This document shows positions 50,460 to 63,107 of a stretch of 64,000 nucleotides of DNA, in pieces. Numbering within the stretch: the first letter of the stretch is position 1; the number at the start of each line of letters is the position of its first letter. The translations under genes and the position numbers were made by a program. The notes under the pieces were generated by a model, which worked only from the letters and a program-made list of their open reading frames with translations, was not told the origin of the DNA and searched no databases. Origin of the DNA: Vicugna vicugna (lineage: Eukaryota); NCBI GenBank assembly GCA_013265495.1, contig MU058198.1, forward strand, positions 7,765,779-7,829,778. The letters are read 5' to 3'.

Positions 50460-50618
50460 CCAGCCAGGCCATGCGCTCGCTGAGCCTCCGCCTTCTTCCT
50501 TTGAGTCTCTGACAACATCTGCCTCTTACTTCTTTTTTTCTGTCCTTTCTGGCTTTGCTGGCTTTCTTGAAGTGGTTCAGTGGTGCCTGCAGCCTCACCA
50601 TTCCTTCTCTCTGCAGCG
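50460..50618 (+). promoter_or_regulatory. ITGAM TATA-less proximal promoter / 5'UTR
   Basis: tgagcctccgccttcttcctttga...ctgcctcttacttctttt resembles the human CD11b Sp1/PU.1 promoter as recalled; immediately precedes exon 1 ATG. Confidence 0.7.
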
Positions 50619-50646
50619 ATGACTCACAGAGTCCTTCTGTTAACAG
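50619..50646 (+). CDS. ITGAM: ITGAM exon 1 (signal peptide MTHRVLLLT)
   Basis: gcgATGACTCACAGAGTCCTTCTGTTAACAG|gtgcgc; 28 nt. Confidence 0.92.
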
Positions 50647-51223
50647 GTGCGCCAGAAGCTGGGGGGGTCTTCTGGGTGAGAAGAAGGTGGGGAGTTTTTG
50701 AGTTTGGGAGTGGAAAGAAAAGGTACAGAGTATTTAGAAGTCAGACTGGGGAGAGACAAAGGGGATTTGGGGAAGATTAAGGGATTCAAGCAGCAGAGTA
50801 GAGCTGGGATGGCCAGAAAAGCTTGGGTGAGTGAGTCAGTTCATAGACTCTATGAGGGGACTTGGCTGGCCCCTTCACTCTGCAGATGAGGAAACCGAGG
50901 CCCAGAGAGGTGATGTGACATGCCCAAGGCTGCACAGTAGGTCTTGGATTCTCTTCTCAGAGAATTTCCTCTTGGCTCCTGCCTCACCCCCTCCTATTTG
51001 CCTCCTATTTTCCAAGGACCCAGCTGTAAATGTTTGTTGAATGGCTGATGGTTCAAATTTGTTTCCTTTTTTGTCTGTTTTGTGGAGTATGAACCAAAGA
51101 AGGGAAAGAAATGCTCGAGCATTGCATAGGAAGGAAATTGCCTGAGTCATTAGGAACTTTATTGTTGGGCAAATCATTGGGGTGGGAACACAGGTTGCAG
51201 TTCAGAGATGGGCTGAACACACC

Positions 51224-51722
51224 TGTTGATGGAAATAATCAATAAACAATCTATAATAAGAATAGAAAATATTAGCCAAACTGAGGGCTATAGCCCAGAA
51301 GGTAGCCTCTCAGATAACTCTGAGGAATTGCTCTGGTGAAGCATGATTTTCAGCATAGTTTCATATCTTGTCAGAGCAAAGAGCATCAAACAAGTCAGGG
51401 ATACGTTCCTCCAAGGTTTAAAAAAAATCCAACAGATCAGCACATACACAGCGAGTCAGGATGGCCTTGGCACCTGGGAAGGGTGTCATCATCAAAGGAG
51501 GACCAGCACTGGGGTCCCAGCAAGGGAGGCATTTAACCTTTATTTTTAACATGGACATTCTTTACTTGTGGCCAGTGTACCCTTTCCTTTAACAATGAAA
51601 GCAGATGTACAATGCATGTTTGGCTACAAACAGGCTATTTTAGTTAGCATAAAATTCAAGTTAAGTTATGTGTAAGCCAGAATGACTTCCCCATACAAAG
51701 TGTGAAAACGTTTTCCGTGACA
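51224..51722. mobile_element. Probable solo ERV LTR in ITGAM intron 1
   Basis: About 500 bp bounded by TG...CA with imperfect inverted ends (TGTTGATGGAAA / TTTCCGTGACA); no clear TSD. Confidence 0.45.
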
Positions 51723-52265
51723 CTCTACTTTGAGCCGTAGCCCAGGAATCAGCAAAATGTGTGTCTGTGGGCAAAAGGCAAGGATTCCACTGTGGGTTTT
51801 TGTACAACTTGAGAATCATAGGTCCCAGATGAACATTTATAATCGATTCTTGACAGGGAACACTAACTTTGAATTCCAGTCAAGGGATATGTTATCTCCC
51901 GCGAAGAATCCATTTGTCTCATCAGTAAATTTATATTACCCCCAAATTGTACTTAATTATTATGCTTCGAATTTCCTTAATGAAAAATTTGTGGAAATGC
52001 ACTTTCTCTTTTGTTATATAAGTACCTGTGTAATATATCCTATTTGCCTCTTTGCCCACAGAACCTAAAATATTTACTATCTGGCCCTTTATAGAAAACT
52101 GTGGCCATCTCTGCTCCAGGCTGTCAGAGCTGGACCTGGGAGGCACTCATCTCCTTGCTGGGTTAGGTGAATCCCAGCAGGAAGATACTTGGGGCAGAAA
52201 GGCAAGTTCTTTCTTAACGATCTCCTTATCTCCTCCTGACCACAGCCTTGTTGTTCTCCTTTCAG

Positions 52266-52371
52266 CCTTGGCCTTAAGTCGTGGGTTCAATCTGGACACT
52301 AAAAACGCAGTGATCTTCCAAAACAATGCAAAGGGCTTCGGGCAGAGTGTGGTCCAGCTTGAAGGATCCCG
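52266..52371 (+). CDS. ITGAM: ITGAM exon 2 (ALALSRG|FNLDTKNAVIFQNNAKGFGQSVVQLEGS)
   Basis: ttcag|CCTTGG...TCCCG|gtaagg; 106 nt; FNLD mature N-terminus. Confidence 0.96.
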
Positions 52372-53767
52372 GTAAGGGCTGCGGGGAGAACCCCCGTCTC
52401 ACAGGCTTTCTTTCCCAGACTTAACATACCTGAAGAAAAAATTCACAATTTCCTTGATTTTTGTTTTTCTTGATTTGTCAACGTTCTAATTTCAAAAGAT
52501 ACAGAAGAATGTGATAGTAAAAAGTTTCCTCTTCATGGTCTCCCCAACTTTTGTCCCCAGCAGAGCCCCTGGTGAACGGTTTCTTGAGTGTTCTTTCACA
52601 GAGAGTCTGCGCTGCACAGACCTCCGCGTTTTCCTAACCCCCATCCTGCACGCAGCTTGTAGCACGTTATCCTCAAACTACAGCCTGCTGCCTGTTTTTG
52701 TAAATACATTTTATTGACAACCGCCCCACCTAACTTTTCATTTATCATTTATGGCAGCTTTGGAACTACAGCAACAGAATGACTACAGCAGAGGCTGAGA
52801 CAGAGAATCTATGGCCTGTAAACCATAAAATATTTACTTTTGCAGAAATAATATTTATGGAAATAATGTTGCCTTTCTAGAAAAAATTTGCTGGCCTCTG
52901 CTCTATACTGTCCTTTGCATTTAAAAAAGTTTAATACAGCTTGGTGATTTTACCAGATAAATGCAGAAAGAGCGTCCTCATTCTTTTTTGTGCTTACATC
53001 ATATTCTGTTATTTGTTGGTACTGTAATTTACATTTGTATTACATTTAAATCTCTTCTTAATAGACATTAGATTGTTTCCAGATTTTTACTATAAGAACA
53101 ATGCTGGCATTTTGTAAGTGTGCAAGTACATTTGGAAGTAAATTCTTAGAACTAGGATGGCTGGATCCAAGGATATATGTGCATACGTAATTTTAATACA
53201 GTTTTCTCGATTAACCCCAGCAGAGGTTGCAACAGTGTACACTCACACTAGTAATTTATGCAAACATCTACTTCCTCACCCGTTTGCCAGCAGGTTGTCA
53301 GTGTTATCAAACTTACAATCTTTGTAAACTGAATAGGTGAGAAATGTTATCTCACTTTAATCTTAAATTGTATTTCTTTTTAAAGAGAAACTTCTTCCCT
53401 TTTCTGTGAACACTGTTTATCATCTGTTGCCCATTTTTCATTTCTTTCTTTTTTTTTCCTTATTGTTTTGTGGGAGCTCTGACTATACTGAGGAAAGTAG
53501 TCTGGGGTATGAGTCGCTAACCTCCCTCTCCACAGTTTCTCTTTTGTCTTTTGACTTGAGTTTAGTTGATCACATACAGAAATTTATTTAAAGTGATCGT
53601 GTGGTTGAATGTATTCATTTTTAAGTGACCTCTGGATATTATGTCATCTTTAGAGAGGCCCTTCCCCCTCCAAGATTAAAAATTTCCCATTTTTGGATTG
53701 TACATGGATTAACTCATTTAATTCTGATAATAACCTTGAAGTGGATACTGTTATTATCCATATTTTA

Positions 53768-53934
53768 ATTAATTAATTAAAAATTGAAGTGTAAGTGATT
53801 TACAATGTTAGTTTCAGGTGTACAGCAAAGTGGTTCAGTTAAATGTAAACATATATACATACATGTATATTTTTCAGTTTATTTTCCATTATGGCTCATT
53901 ACAAAAAAATTGAATATAGTTCCCTCGGCTATGC
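53768..53934 (-). mobile_element. Young 5'-truncated L1 3' end inserted in a MIR, 16-bp perfect TSD
   Basis: tattatccatatttta at 53752-53767 and 53935-53950. Confidence 0.8.
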
Positions 53935-54443
53935 TATTATCCATATTTTAGAGATGAGAAAATTGAAGCATAATAAGGTAATGAACTGACTTGCCCAAGG
54001 TCACACCAAAGTGACAACGGGACTAGATTTTAATCCCAGGCAGCAAAACGCCAAGGCCTGTGTTCCTGTCCACTCTGCAGTACTGCATTCCTGCATGACG
54101 CAGGAGTGGGGAAGCAATTTCAAGTTAGGCGTGTAGACTGTTTGTCTTCATGGTTTGGCCTTCAGGATTTAGAAATTCTTGAATTTAGTGAAATAATCTC
54201 TGGGACCATAAATGCAAATGACTGGATTACAAGAATATTTACAGTAAACAATCGATGGTTAAAAAAAAGTTCCCCTTTTTTCCTTTGTTGAATCTTTCTC
54301 CTATTTCTGGGAGCTGGGGCATCCCTGTGAGGGTGGCACCCCAGCTTTTACTCTGGATGGTGGAACTTCCATGCTCTCCTCCTCTTCTCACAAGTCAGTT
54401 TTCTCTTGTGTCTGTGGTGATCTGTTCCCTCATCTCCCCTCAG

Positions 54444-54547
54444 GCTGGTGGTTGGAGCCCCCCAGGAGATAAAGGCTGCTAACCAAACAGGTGGCCTCTA
54501 CCAGTGTGACTACAGCATGGGCACGTGTGAGCCCATCCTCCTGCAGG
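54444..54547 (+). CDS. ITGAM: ITGAM exon 3 ([34 protein letters not shown])
   Basis: cctcag|G...CAGG|gtgagt; 104 nt; FG-GAP repeat. Confidence 0.96.
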
Positions 54548-54745
54548 GTGAGTCCCTGCCCTTCGTGGGGACCCAAGGCTAAAGTTCCACCTGTGCACAC
54601 ACCTGGACTTTCCAGGCATTGCCTTTGTCCTGGTGGAGGGATCTGTGGTTGGGGGCCCAGGGGCCCAGCTCCTGGCCTCCTATCCAGCTCTTACACAGCC
54701 CCTTGCATCCCTCTGAGGGTGACCATGTATATATCTTTCCCCCAG

Positions 54746-54816
54746 TCCCCCAAGAGGCTGTGAACATGTCCCTAGGCCTGTCTCTGGCATTTGCCACCAA
54801 ACCTTTCCGGCTGCTG
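54746..54816 (+). CDS. ITGAM: ITGAM exon 4 (VPQEAVNMSLGLSLAFATKPFRLL)
   Basis: cccag|TCC...CTG|gtgagt; 71 nt. Confidence 0.96.
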
Positions 54817-54962
54817 GTGAGTTGCCTTGGGTCATGGGAGTGCCCCAAGGGAAGGAGATGGGGGCCCAAGACTGCTGGGCCTGGGGTCTTGGAGGGCGGA
54901 GGTGCCAGGGTGAAAGGATAGGAAGCAGTGACAGCCCCTCTCACCCATTCCCTGACCCCTAG

Positions 54963-55080
54963 GCTTGTGGCCCCACTGTGCACCAAACTTGCAAGGAGAA
55001 CACTTATGTGAATGGCATGTGCTTCCTGTTTGGATCCAACCTACTGCAGCAGCCCCGGAGGTTCCCAGAGAACTTCAGAG
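54963..55080 (+). CDS. ITGAM: ITGAM exon 5 (ACGPTVHQTCKENTYVNGMCFLFGSNLLQQPRRFPENFR)
   Basis: cctag|GCTTGT...AGAG|gtgggt; 118 nt. Confidence 0.96.
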
Positions 55081-55284
55081 GTGGGTTGCCTTTAGCAGAG
55101 AGTATAGACAAGCAGTGTGAGACCAGAGGGCACAGGCAGGACTGGGCTGGAGGCTCGATTTAGAGGTCTTGATGCAGAAGGGTGAGGGAACTGGGTTCCA
55201 GTGGAGAGAGAGTCAATGGAGAGGTTGGAGTGTTTCTGCACTTTGAGAAAAGTTCTGATGTAGCCATTCATCTTTCTGAGACAA

Positions 55285-55342
55285 TGTCTCAACCATTGCC
55301 CTCAACCAATGTCTCAACCATTGTCCTCAATCATTGTCTCAA
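55285..55342. repeat. Short degenerate tandem repeat (~12-13 bp unit, tgtctcaaccat)
   Basis: tgtctcaaccat tgccctcaaccaa tgtctcaaccat tgtcctcaatcat tgtctcaa. Confidence 0.7.
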
Positions 55343-55784
55343 GTGGAACTCAACCTGACCATAGCCTTTGAGGCTCTAGCTGGTATGGCTCCCGTCCACC
55401 TCTCCAACTTCTCTCCCATCCTTTCTACTTGAGTCATTGTGCTCCAGTCACTCTGGGTGCCTTTCTTCTCCAAGAACCACACTAAGCTGTCTCTGCCTCA
55501 GGGCCTTTGCACTTACCATTCCTTTAGCCTGTCAGGCTCTTCCCTCAGATCTTAGCTGACAACCCATTATTGTCATCTCAGCTCAAATGTTACCTCTTCA
55601 AAGAGGCCTTCCCTGAGTGGCTCTTCTAATCATTTCCACCATTGCTCTGTGCCACATTGCCCTACTTTACCATCTTCATATCTATATATCCATACTTTGC
55701 TTGTTTTTCATATGTCCTTTCTTCTGGGATGTAGGCTCCATGATAGCAGGGATATTGCTTCGCTGGTGCACTGCTCCATGCTCT

Positions 55785-56340
55785 TGTATCTATTGCTGCT
55801 TAATAAATTGGCCCTGAACCTAGTAGACAAAACCAACAAGCATTAGTTATCTTACAGTTTCTATGAATCGGGAATCTGGACATGGCCTATTTGGGTGCTT
55901 CTGTCTCATGGTTTCTCATGCGCTTGATGTTAAGTTGTCAAACCAGAGGTGTGGTCTCATCTGAAGGCTTGATTTGGGGGAAGGTCCAGTTCCAAGCTCA
56001 CTTACAAGGTTGTTGGCCTGAGGGCCTCAGCCCTCCCTGGCTGTTGGCTGAAGTCTTTCCTCACTTGCTTAGCCCATGGGCCCCGCCGTAGAGTAGCTCA
56101 CAGCATGGCAGCTGGCTTCCTTCAGAGTGAGTGGACAAGGGAGTGAGAGTAAACACTGAAGACAGAAGTCACAGTCTTTTCATAATCGAATCTCAGAAGT
56201 AAACAGCTCATTACTCCTGCCGTATTTCTTTGAACTGAGCTAAAAAGTCCAGCTCACAATCAAGAGGAAGGGACTGTGCAAGGGTCTTATTACTAGGAGG
56301 CAGGAATCTTGGGGACCATCTTGGTGGCTGCTTGCCACAC
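55785..56340. mobile_element. MaLR (MLT1-like) LTR
   Basis: atctattgctgc...ttatcttacagtttctatgaatcgggaatctgg...cagcatggcagctggcttcc...aatctcagaagt...gggaccatcttgg. Confidence 0.65.
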
Positions 56341-58163
56341 TCTTGTTCCTCAAACATTTATTGATTGAAAAAGAGTGAGTAAATCTTTTCTTCCAGCTGC
56401 TTTCTGACAGTGATTTCTTTAACGGCTTGGCCACCTTTTTGCTTATCTCCAAGTTGGTTCTGGAACCAAAGGCAGATATGTCTTTTTTTGGTATATATAT
56501 TTTTATTAAATTATCGTGTTTACAATGTTGTGTCAATTTCTGGTGTAGATATGTCTTCTTGTCACAGTTTTTTTTTTTAATTTTCTCAAGCTCTACTCCT
56601 TTGTCCTTCACTCTCAATGGAGAACCTTCCTCCTTAAGAGAATAAACCAAGGCTGCCTCTACACTCCTCCCTTCTCCTTGTCCAGACTTCCTCGGTGGCA
56701 TCACTTTCGGCAGTGTCTCAGTGGGTAGAGGAAGACCTGTTTCTGTCTTTCCATGAGTAACTCTTCCATCTGGGCTTTTAAGGCTTTCTCATATCACCAA
56801 CTCCTGAGGCCACCCACGCCTTTAATCACTCATTCTCTGCAGAAGCATAAATTGTGTCCCCCTCCTGTGAATGTAGACATGTTCATGCTACCCATATCTT
56901 AAGAACGATCAACCACCAAAACTGATAGCAATGAAAATAACCTTCCCTCTCTATTCTCCTCTCCGGCTTCTGCCATCTCTGCTTCCCTTCACCACCAACC
57001 TCTTGGAAGAATTCTCTCTTTGTCTCCATTGCCCCCAGGCCATGATTCTTTATCCTCTGACCTCTGGCTTCTGACCACCCATCATATAGACCTTGCACTT
57101 GCAAATGGCATCTGTGACCCTCTAAATGCCAAATCTCTTTTCTGTCCTCACGTTCAGTGACTTTTCCAACGTGACCTGCAGATCACCTCTTCTTTCCCCA
57201 AACAGCTTGACGTCAGACATCTCTCTTCTTCTTCCCTCGCCTCACTTCCTCTCTTCTCTTGCCTCTTCCCCTATTGAGGGCTTCTGCAGAGCTTCAGCTC
57301 CAAGCTGCCTTCCTCTGCTTTCTCTGCCCACCTAAGGGCACTGAGTTACAGCTTCCGTTTCTGCCCACGTGTTCCTCGTGCCTGACTGCAACCCACTCTG
57401 TGGCTTCAGCTCCCACTCCCACATTTCCCTCTTCAGTCCTCTCCCTTGGGCGTTCCAGACTCTTCTTTTTAAAAACATTTTCATTTCTTTAAAAATGGAT
57501 TATACATGCACTTGGCTCAAAATTCAAAAAGCACTAAAGGATAGACTGTAAAAATCTCTCCCTCTTGGGTCCCCCAGCCTCCTGTTTCCTTCTTGGGAGA
57601 CAACGGCCACTGTTACCAGTTTCTCATGGATTCCTCTGGGGGTGCTCCATGGATTTGCTGACACATGCACCCGAATACTTCACTTAGGACCATAAATGGT
57701 AGTGTGCTGCACACACTGTATTGAGATTCTTTTCACTTAGCACATCTTTGAGATTTTCAGAAAATTTCTAGCTAATCTTCTCTGTTTATTTTCCATATAA
57801 ATGTTTGAATCTGCTTATCTATTTTTAAAAAAGCCAATACTTTTTCTGGGTAATTTTATCCTATTTTTTTCACTGATAATAAAGTCAAGTTGACCTTTCT
57901 TTCTTGTAGTATACAGTTTCACTAATTTTAAGATATGCTTATATCTTCCCCCCACAGAAAAAAAGTACATCTAAAATTTTTTTTAAAAACTGCCTCCAAA
58001 ATCTATAAAGTAAATTAGTGGTAGCCTAGGGATGGGGTTGGGGGGCAGGGAAAAAAAAACGAAACAAAAAAGGTATGCTTAGATTTGTGTAAACACCAAC
58101 ACGAACAAGATACAAAAGAATTCTTTTACCCCCTAGAAAAATCCTTCATGCTGTCCCTTTCTA

Positions 58164-58399
58164 CACTGGACTTTTAAACAATGGCTTGCATGAACCATGT
58201 GGGTCCACCTATATACGGATTTTTTTTTCTTTACTAAATTCATGCTACAGTACTAGGAGATCTGAAGTTGGTTGAATCCACGGATGCAAAATTGTGGATA
58301 CAGAACCACGGATATGGAGGCCAGACTGTAAATTTATAGGCTTTTCAGCTGCACAGAGGATGGGGGCGTCTAACCCTTGTGTTGTTCAAGGGTCAACTG
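58164..58399. mobile_element. Tigger-family (TcMar) MITE
   Basis: Right TIR ttgttcaagggtcaactg; degenerate left TIR cactggacttttaaacaa after TA; internal gggtccacctatatacggattttt. Confidence 0.7.
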
Positions 58400-59135
58400 G
58401 ATTTAGAAAGGGACTAATTATAAAGAGGTGACAGAATCTAAAGGAACTAAAAGGGACAGCCCAGGGACCCAGGATGAACAGCAGCGGAGCTGTTGCCACG
58501 CTAGGCTGAGGAGCCAGGGAGAGAAAGAAGTTCCCAGAATCTGGAAGGAGAGTGTGTCATGGGAAGCCCGTGTCATTGAGAGGAGCACTGACCTGTTAAG
58601 GAGCACGGCTGGCCCAAAGCAGCCTAGCTGGGCGGGCGCCGAGGGGAAAGCACTCGGATCTCACTCTCCTCCCTCCCTCCAGTCTCCTGCTGAGGCTCCC
58701 AGTTAGGCAAACACAGCTAGAAGCCAGACGGTGAAGGAGACCTGCTGACGTGGTCCATGTGGGCTGAGCTCCAGAGAGGGGGAAAGTAGAAAGTGGATTT
58801 GGGGCTGGGAGCAGAGGAGGGGAGGACATCCAGCATACCTTTATACGTGCTATTCCTTTCTTCCCCTGTAATTTATTTCTCCCTTTGTATTTCTGGCAAA
58901 TTCTCTCTCATGTTTCACGAGGTAGCTGTGATAAAACCGCTTTCTGCGACAGCCTTGAGCAGAATGAACTCAGTTTCTCCATCCCGCTTTGTCCCATGGT
59001 TTTACTTAACTAGGAGCATGGCTTGCGTCTTGTTTTCCTTTCATTCTCGTTGCTCACCAGAGGGCTGATGTGCAAAAAACGAACCCCGCGTCTCTAGTAC
59101 TTAATCAATTTCATGTTCTTTTCCCTTTTCCCCAG

Positions 59136-59266
59136 GGTGCCCTCAGCAGGACAGTGACATCGCCTTTTTGATTGATGGCTCTGGTAGTATCAACCCAAGA
59201 GACTTTCAGCGGATGAAGGACTTTGTCTCAACTGTGATGAGTCAATTCCAAAAGTCCAAAACCTTG
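59136..59266 (+). CDS. ITGAM: ITGAM exon 6 (I-domain start; MIDAS DGSGS at 59174-59188)
   Basis: cccag|GGTGC...ACCTTG|gtgagg; 131 nt; [43 protein letters not shown]. Confidence 0.97.
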
Positions 59267-59708
59267 GTGAGGGCCAATGGGTAGGTTAGGGAACAGCCTG
59301 TACAAGGCTGGCAAATATATGGCAACCAGGCTGCCACATGTTCCCTTCCTGTTGGCAGGTGATGCCAAATTGCCAATTGATCATCATTTTCTTTCATGAT
59401 TTGCTTTCCTGCTCTGTCTGGATGCAGACTCAGCATTCTTCCAGCCCTCTGTCAAGCAGGCAGACTCACTGATAGGGGTTGGCGTGGGAGATGAAAACCA
59501 CATGTCATCTCTGGCTGAGTTCTAGTGCTGAGAAGTGGGAGCTGATAGTCAGTCTCTGTCCTGATGAGGCAGAAGGTTTGGGGGCAGTGTGGAATTTGGA
59601 GGAATTTGGAGGCTGGAGTGTTTCAAGGTTTATGGAGGGCTTGCCGGGGGCTGTTTAAGGGGGAGGAGGGGCACCTTCTCCAGTGTAATACGAGGTGCCT
59701 GTTCCCAG

Positions 59709-59854
59709 TTCTCTTTGATGCAGTATTCTGAAGAGTTCCAGATTCACTTCACCTTCAACGATTTCAAGAGAAACCCTTACCCAGAACTGCTGGTGAGACC
59801 AATAATACAGCTGCTTGGGAGGACACACACTGCCACAGGAATCCTCAAAGTGGT
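59709..59854 (+). CDS. ITGAM: ITGAM exon 7 ([16 protein letters not shown]...[12 protein letters not shown])
   Basis: cccag|TTC...GTGGT|gtaagc; 146 nt. Confidence 0.96.
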
Positions 59855-60311
59855 GTAAGCTCCTCCCGCTTTGCTTAGGGTGGAAGGAGGAGGTTTTGTT
59901 TTGAGCTGAGCTCTGCAGGATGAGGCGAGCTGTTCAGACAGGGCTGGGGTGGAGGAGGGATGGTGTCTGGCGTGTTCATGAAATGCAAGTTGTGAGGAAA
60001 GGTGGGAGTAAAGCGGGAAAGTGAGGGAAAGGCTGGAGGGAGGCTAGAAAGATCAGCTGAGGCCAGGTCACCAAGGCAACTGAAAAGCCAGCGGATCCAT
60101 TGAAGATTTTAAGCAGTGGGGTGACGTCACCACATCTTGTTTTGGAAGGTTCATTTTGTTCTGTGTGTGTGTGTGGAGGCAAGAGTGGGGACTGGAACAA
60201 AAGTGCAGGAAGAAGAGCTAAACAGCCATTGTGTCAAATCAGGAGAGGTTTAATGAGGGCACAATTAAACTTATTAATTTTTTTAAATTTAAAAGGAATA
60301 ATACTCTGTTC

Positions 60312-60345
60312 AAACAAACAAACAAACAAACAAACAAACAAACAA
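60312..60345. repeat. (CAAA)n microsatellite
   Basis: About 8 tandem caaa units. Confidence 0.9.
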
Positions 60346-60564
60346 CTAAGGCCAAAGAATCTGAAAGCAATGAGGCCTTCCCCTCTCTCCATGCTCTCCT
60401 GTTCTCCTGCTGCCCTTCCAGGTCCTGGCGCAGCTGCGTCTCAGTGGGAGCCCAGGCCCCAAACTAGAGAGGGCCCAGTTGCATCTGTAACTGCTGATGT
60501 TCCTTCTCTAGCATCAAGTGCATCTCTGCTCGAATTTAGCTTTTCCCTCTTCTTCCCTGGACAG

Positions 60565-60718
60565 AAGAGAACTGTTTCACAGCAGCAGAGGAGCCAGAGA
60601 GAATGCCCTTAAGATCCTAGTTGTCATCACAGATGGAGAAAAGTTTGGTGATCCTTTGGAGTACAAGGATGTCATCCCTGAAGCAGATAGACGTGGAGTC
60701 ATTCGCTATGTCATTGGG
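60565..60718 (+). CDS. ITGAM: ITGAM exon 8 ([51 protein letters not shown])
   Basis: gacag|AAG...ATTGGG|gtagga; 154 nt; TDGE MIDAS loop. Confidence 0.96.
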
Positions 60719-61744
60719 GTAGGAAATGTGGCTCCCTGGCCTGATGTTTCCGTGGAGGGTTTCTCCTTGGATAGACCCTCCTTTCAGTTTGCAAACATCA
60801 GTCACATCAGAGTGGCACAAGGGCCATAACTGCTAGCGCATATGCCCCTGTCTCCGTGAACTATTGTCATAATGACCCTATGTAACCAACTATCCCTAAA
60901 TTCAGTGGTTTACAACGGTAAGTGAATCTGTGGGTCAACTAGGCAGTTTTTCTGGTCCCAGCTGGACTCATGCATCTGTAATCAGCAGCAGCTTGGTTGG
61001 CAGCCCCGCTGATCTTGGCTGGGCTCTCTCCATTTCCGAGGGTCACCAGCCACGTCAGTCTGCTGGGCTGGAACAACAACCTGGGGAACTTGGCTCTTCT
61101 GCTCCCTGTGTCTCATCCTCCAGTGGGCTAGCCTGGCCGTGTCCTCGAGGTGAAGGCAGAGGAACAAAAAGAGCAAGTGGAAATACCACAAGCAGTTTTT
61201 CAAGCCTCTGTTTGTAACGCATGTGATAACATACATGGGCTAAAGCAGTACACGTGACTGAGCTCAGAGATGATGAGCGGGAATGGAAACCCTGCCAGGA
61301 GGAGGAGGGCACAGCACAGCTTTGGGGAAGGCGCTTGGATACAGGGATGCGTAGAGGGTTGGGAACATCAGTATAATCAAACTACTGCTGTATCTTGTAT
61401 GACATAGATACAGGAATCATCAAGGGGGCCTGGTCTGGCCAGTAGCAAACACCTTCATACAAAGGAAGAATCTCCCCTCCTTCTGAGAGAGGTCAGTCCC
61501 ACACCGGGAGGCCTGGCACAGCAAATGGACCAAAGGCTGGATTTCAGCTCCAATTTCTCCCTTGACACAATGTAGAGTGTACAACCTGCCCTACCATACC
61601 TGGCAGCCCTGTCCCGGGGGCTTTCTGGTGCATTCCTTCCTTGGACAAACATTGTTTTGGTTCTTTTCCTGTAGAATTGTCTTTGCTGGAGGAGAGTGGT
61701 TCCCCTAGAAAGTGTCTGATTCGGCCTCTGTTTGTTGGTAACAG

Positions 61745-61895
61745 GTGGGTGATGCCTTTAACAGTAAGAAATCTCGCAAAGAGCTTAATACCATCGCATC
61801 CCAGCCGTCTCGTGATCACGTATTCCAGGTGGATAACTTTGAAGCTCTGAAGACCATTCAGAACCAGCTTCAGGAAAAGATCTTTGCGATTGAGG
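61745..61895 (+). CDS. ITGAM: ITGAM exon 9 ([50 protein letters not shown])
   Basis: aacag|GTG...GAGG|gtgagc; 151 nt. Confidence 0.97.
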
Positions 61896-62373
61896 GTGAG
61901 CTAAGGTTTTGTAGTTCCCGGAGCAGCTCTAAAGGCAGCCCCTCACCCCCCAACATATATTCCCCTCTAGAAACTAGAACCTCCTTGCCCTTGTTATCCT
62001 GACCCTCGGCATCAACTCTCTTCTCGCTCCAGTTCCCAGCAACTCTGGTCTCACTTGCTCAATTCCTTTGAAATGGAAGGATCTAGACTTTTACCTCTAA
62101 TTTTCCAAGTCTTGGCTGTAAGCTGAGGATTGGAGGGTAGGGAAACCAAATCCCACACAGTGTTTTCCCCCAAATTTGGATGTGTTGGCAACATTTGTCT
62201 GTTTGGTTCAATGCTGTATCCCCAGTGCCTAGAATAATGCCTGGTACATAGAGAGGGCTCAATAAATGCCTGTTGAATAAAAGAATTTAAAACAGGGGGA
62301 AGTTCATATACAGTCTGGATTTGTGCTTCTCTTGAAAATTTGGAAGATTAGACACCTTGAGGACCACATTCTT

Positions 62374-62707
62374 TTTGAAAAAATTATTATTTAAAAAAAT
62401 TTTTAATTGAAGTACAGTTAATTGCAATGTGTCAGTTTCTGGTGTACAGCACAATGTCCCAGTCATGCAAATACATACACATATTCATTTTCGTATTTTT
62501 TCATTAAAGGTTATTACAAGATATTGAACATAGTTCCCTGTGCTATACAGAAGGAACTTAAAAAAATCTATTTTTATATATAATGGCCAATATTTGTAAA
62601 TCTCAAACTCCCAAATTTATCCCTTCCCATCCCCTTTCCCTGGTAACAATAAGATTTGTTTATTATGTCTGTGGGTCTGTTTCTGTTTTGTAGATGAGTT
62701 CATAGTG
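62374..62707 (-). mobile_element. Young 5'-truncated L1 3' end with 15-bp perfect TSD
   Basis: gaggaccacattctt at 62359-62373 and 62708-62722. Confidence 0.82.
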
Positions 62708-62777
62708 GAGGACCACATTCTTACCTGGCGAAAATTAGCTGAGCCAAATAGCCACCATCCCTTTAAAAGGGGTATAG

Positions 62778-62948
62778 GCTAGATAGGTAACAAGGATATA
62801 CTGTCCAGCACAGGGAATTACAGCCATTATACTAGTAACAACCTGTAATGGAGTATAATCTGCAAAAATTACTGAATCACTATGCTGTGCACCTGAAACT
62901 AACCTAATATTGTAAATTAACTATACATCAATGAAGAAAAAAAGAAAG
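62778..62948 (+). mobile_element. L1 3' end fragment with A-rich tail
   Basis: aacaaggatatactgtccagcacagggaat...tgaatcactatgctgtgcacctgaaactaac...aaaaaaagaaa. Confidence 0.7.
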
Positions 62949-63107
62949 AGATGCATAACAGAGGAAATGTGAAAAAAAAAACAAAAACGTGGGGGCCTAT
63001 GGCTCCCATCTGAGTCTCCCATAGTCTGGCCGCCATAGTATTTGAGTTTCTTATTCCTGTTCTAGGCTCTTCTACCTTCTGTAATGTAGAACGTTCTTCC
63101 CTCACAG

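Noticed and set aside
55285..55342. Short spaced repeats superficially like a CRISPR array
   Set aside because: Adjacent 12-13 bp tandem units without unique spacers, in a eukaryotic intron
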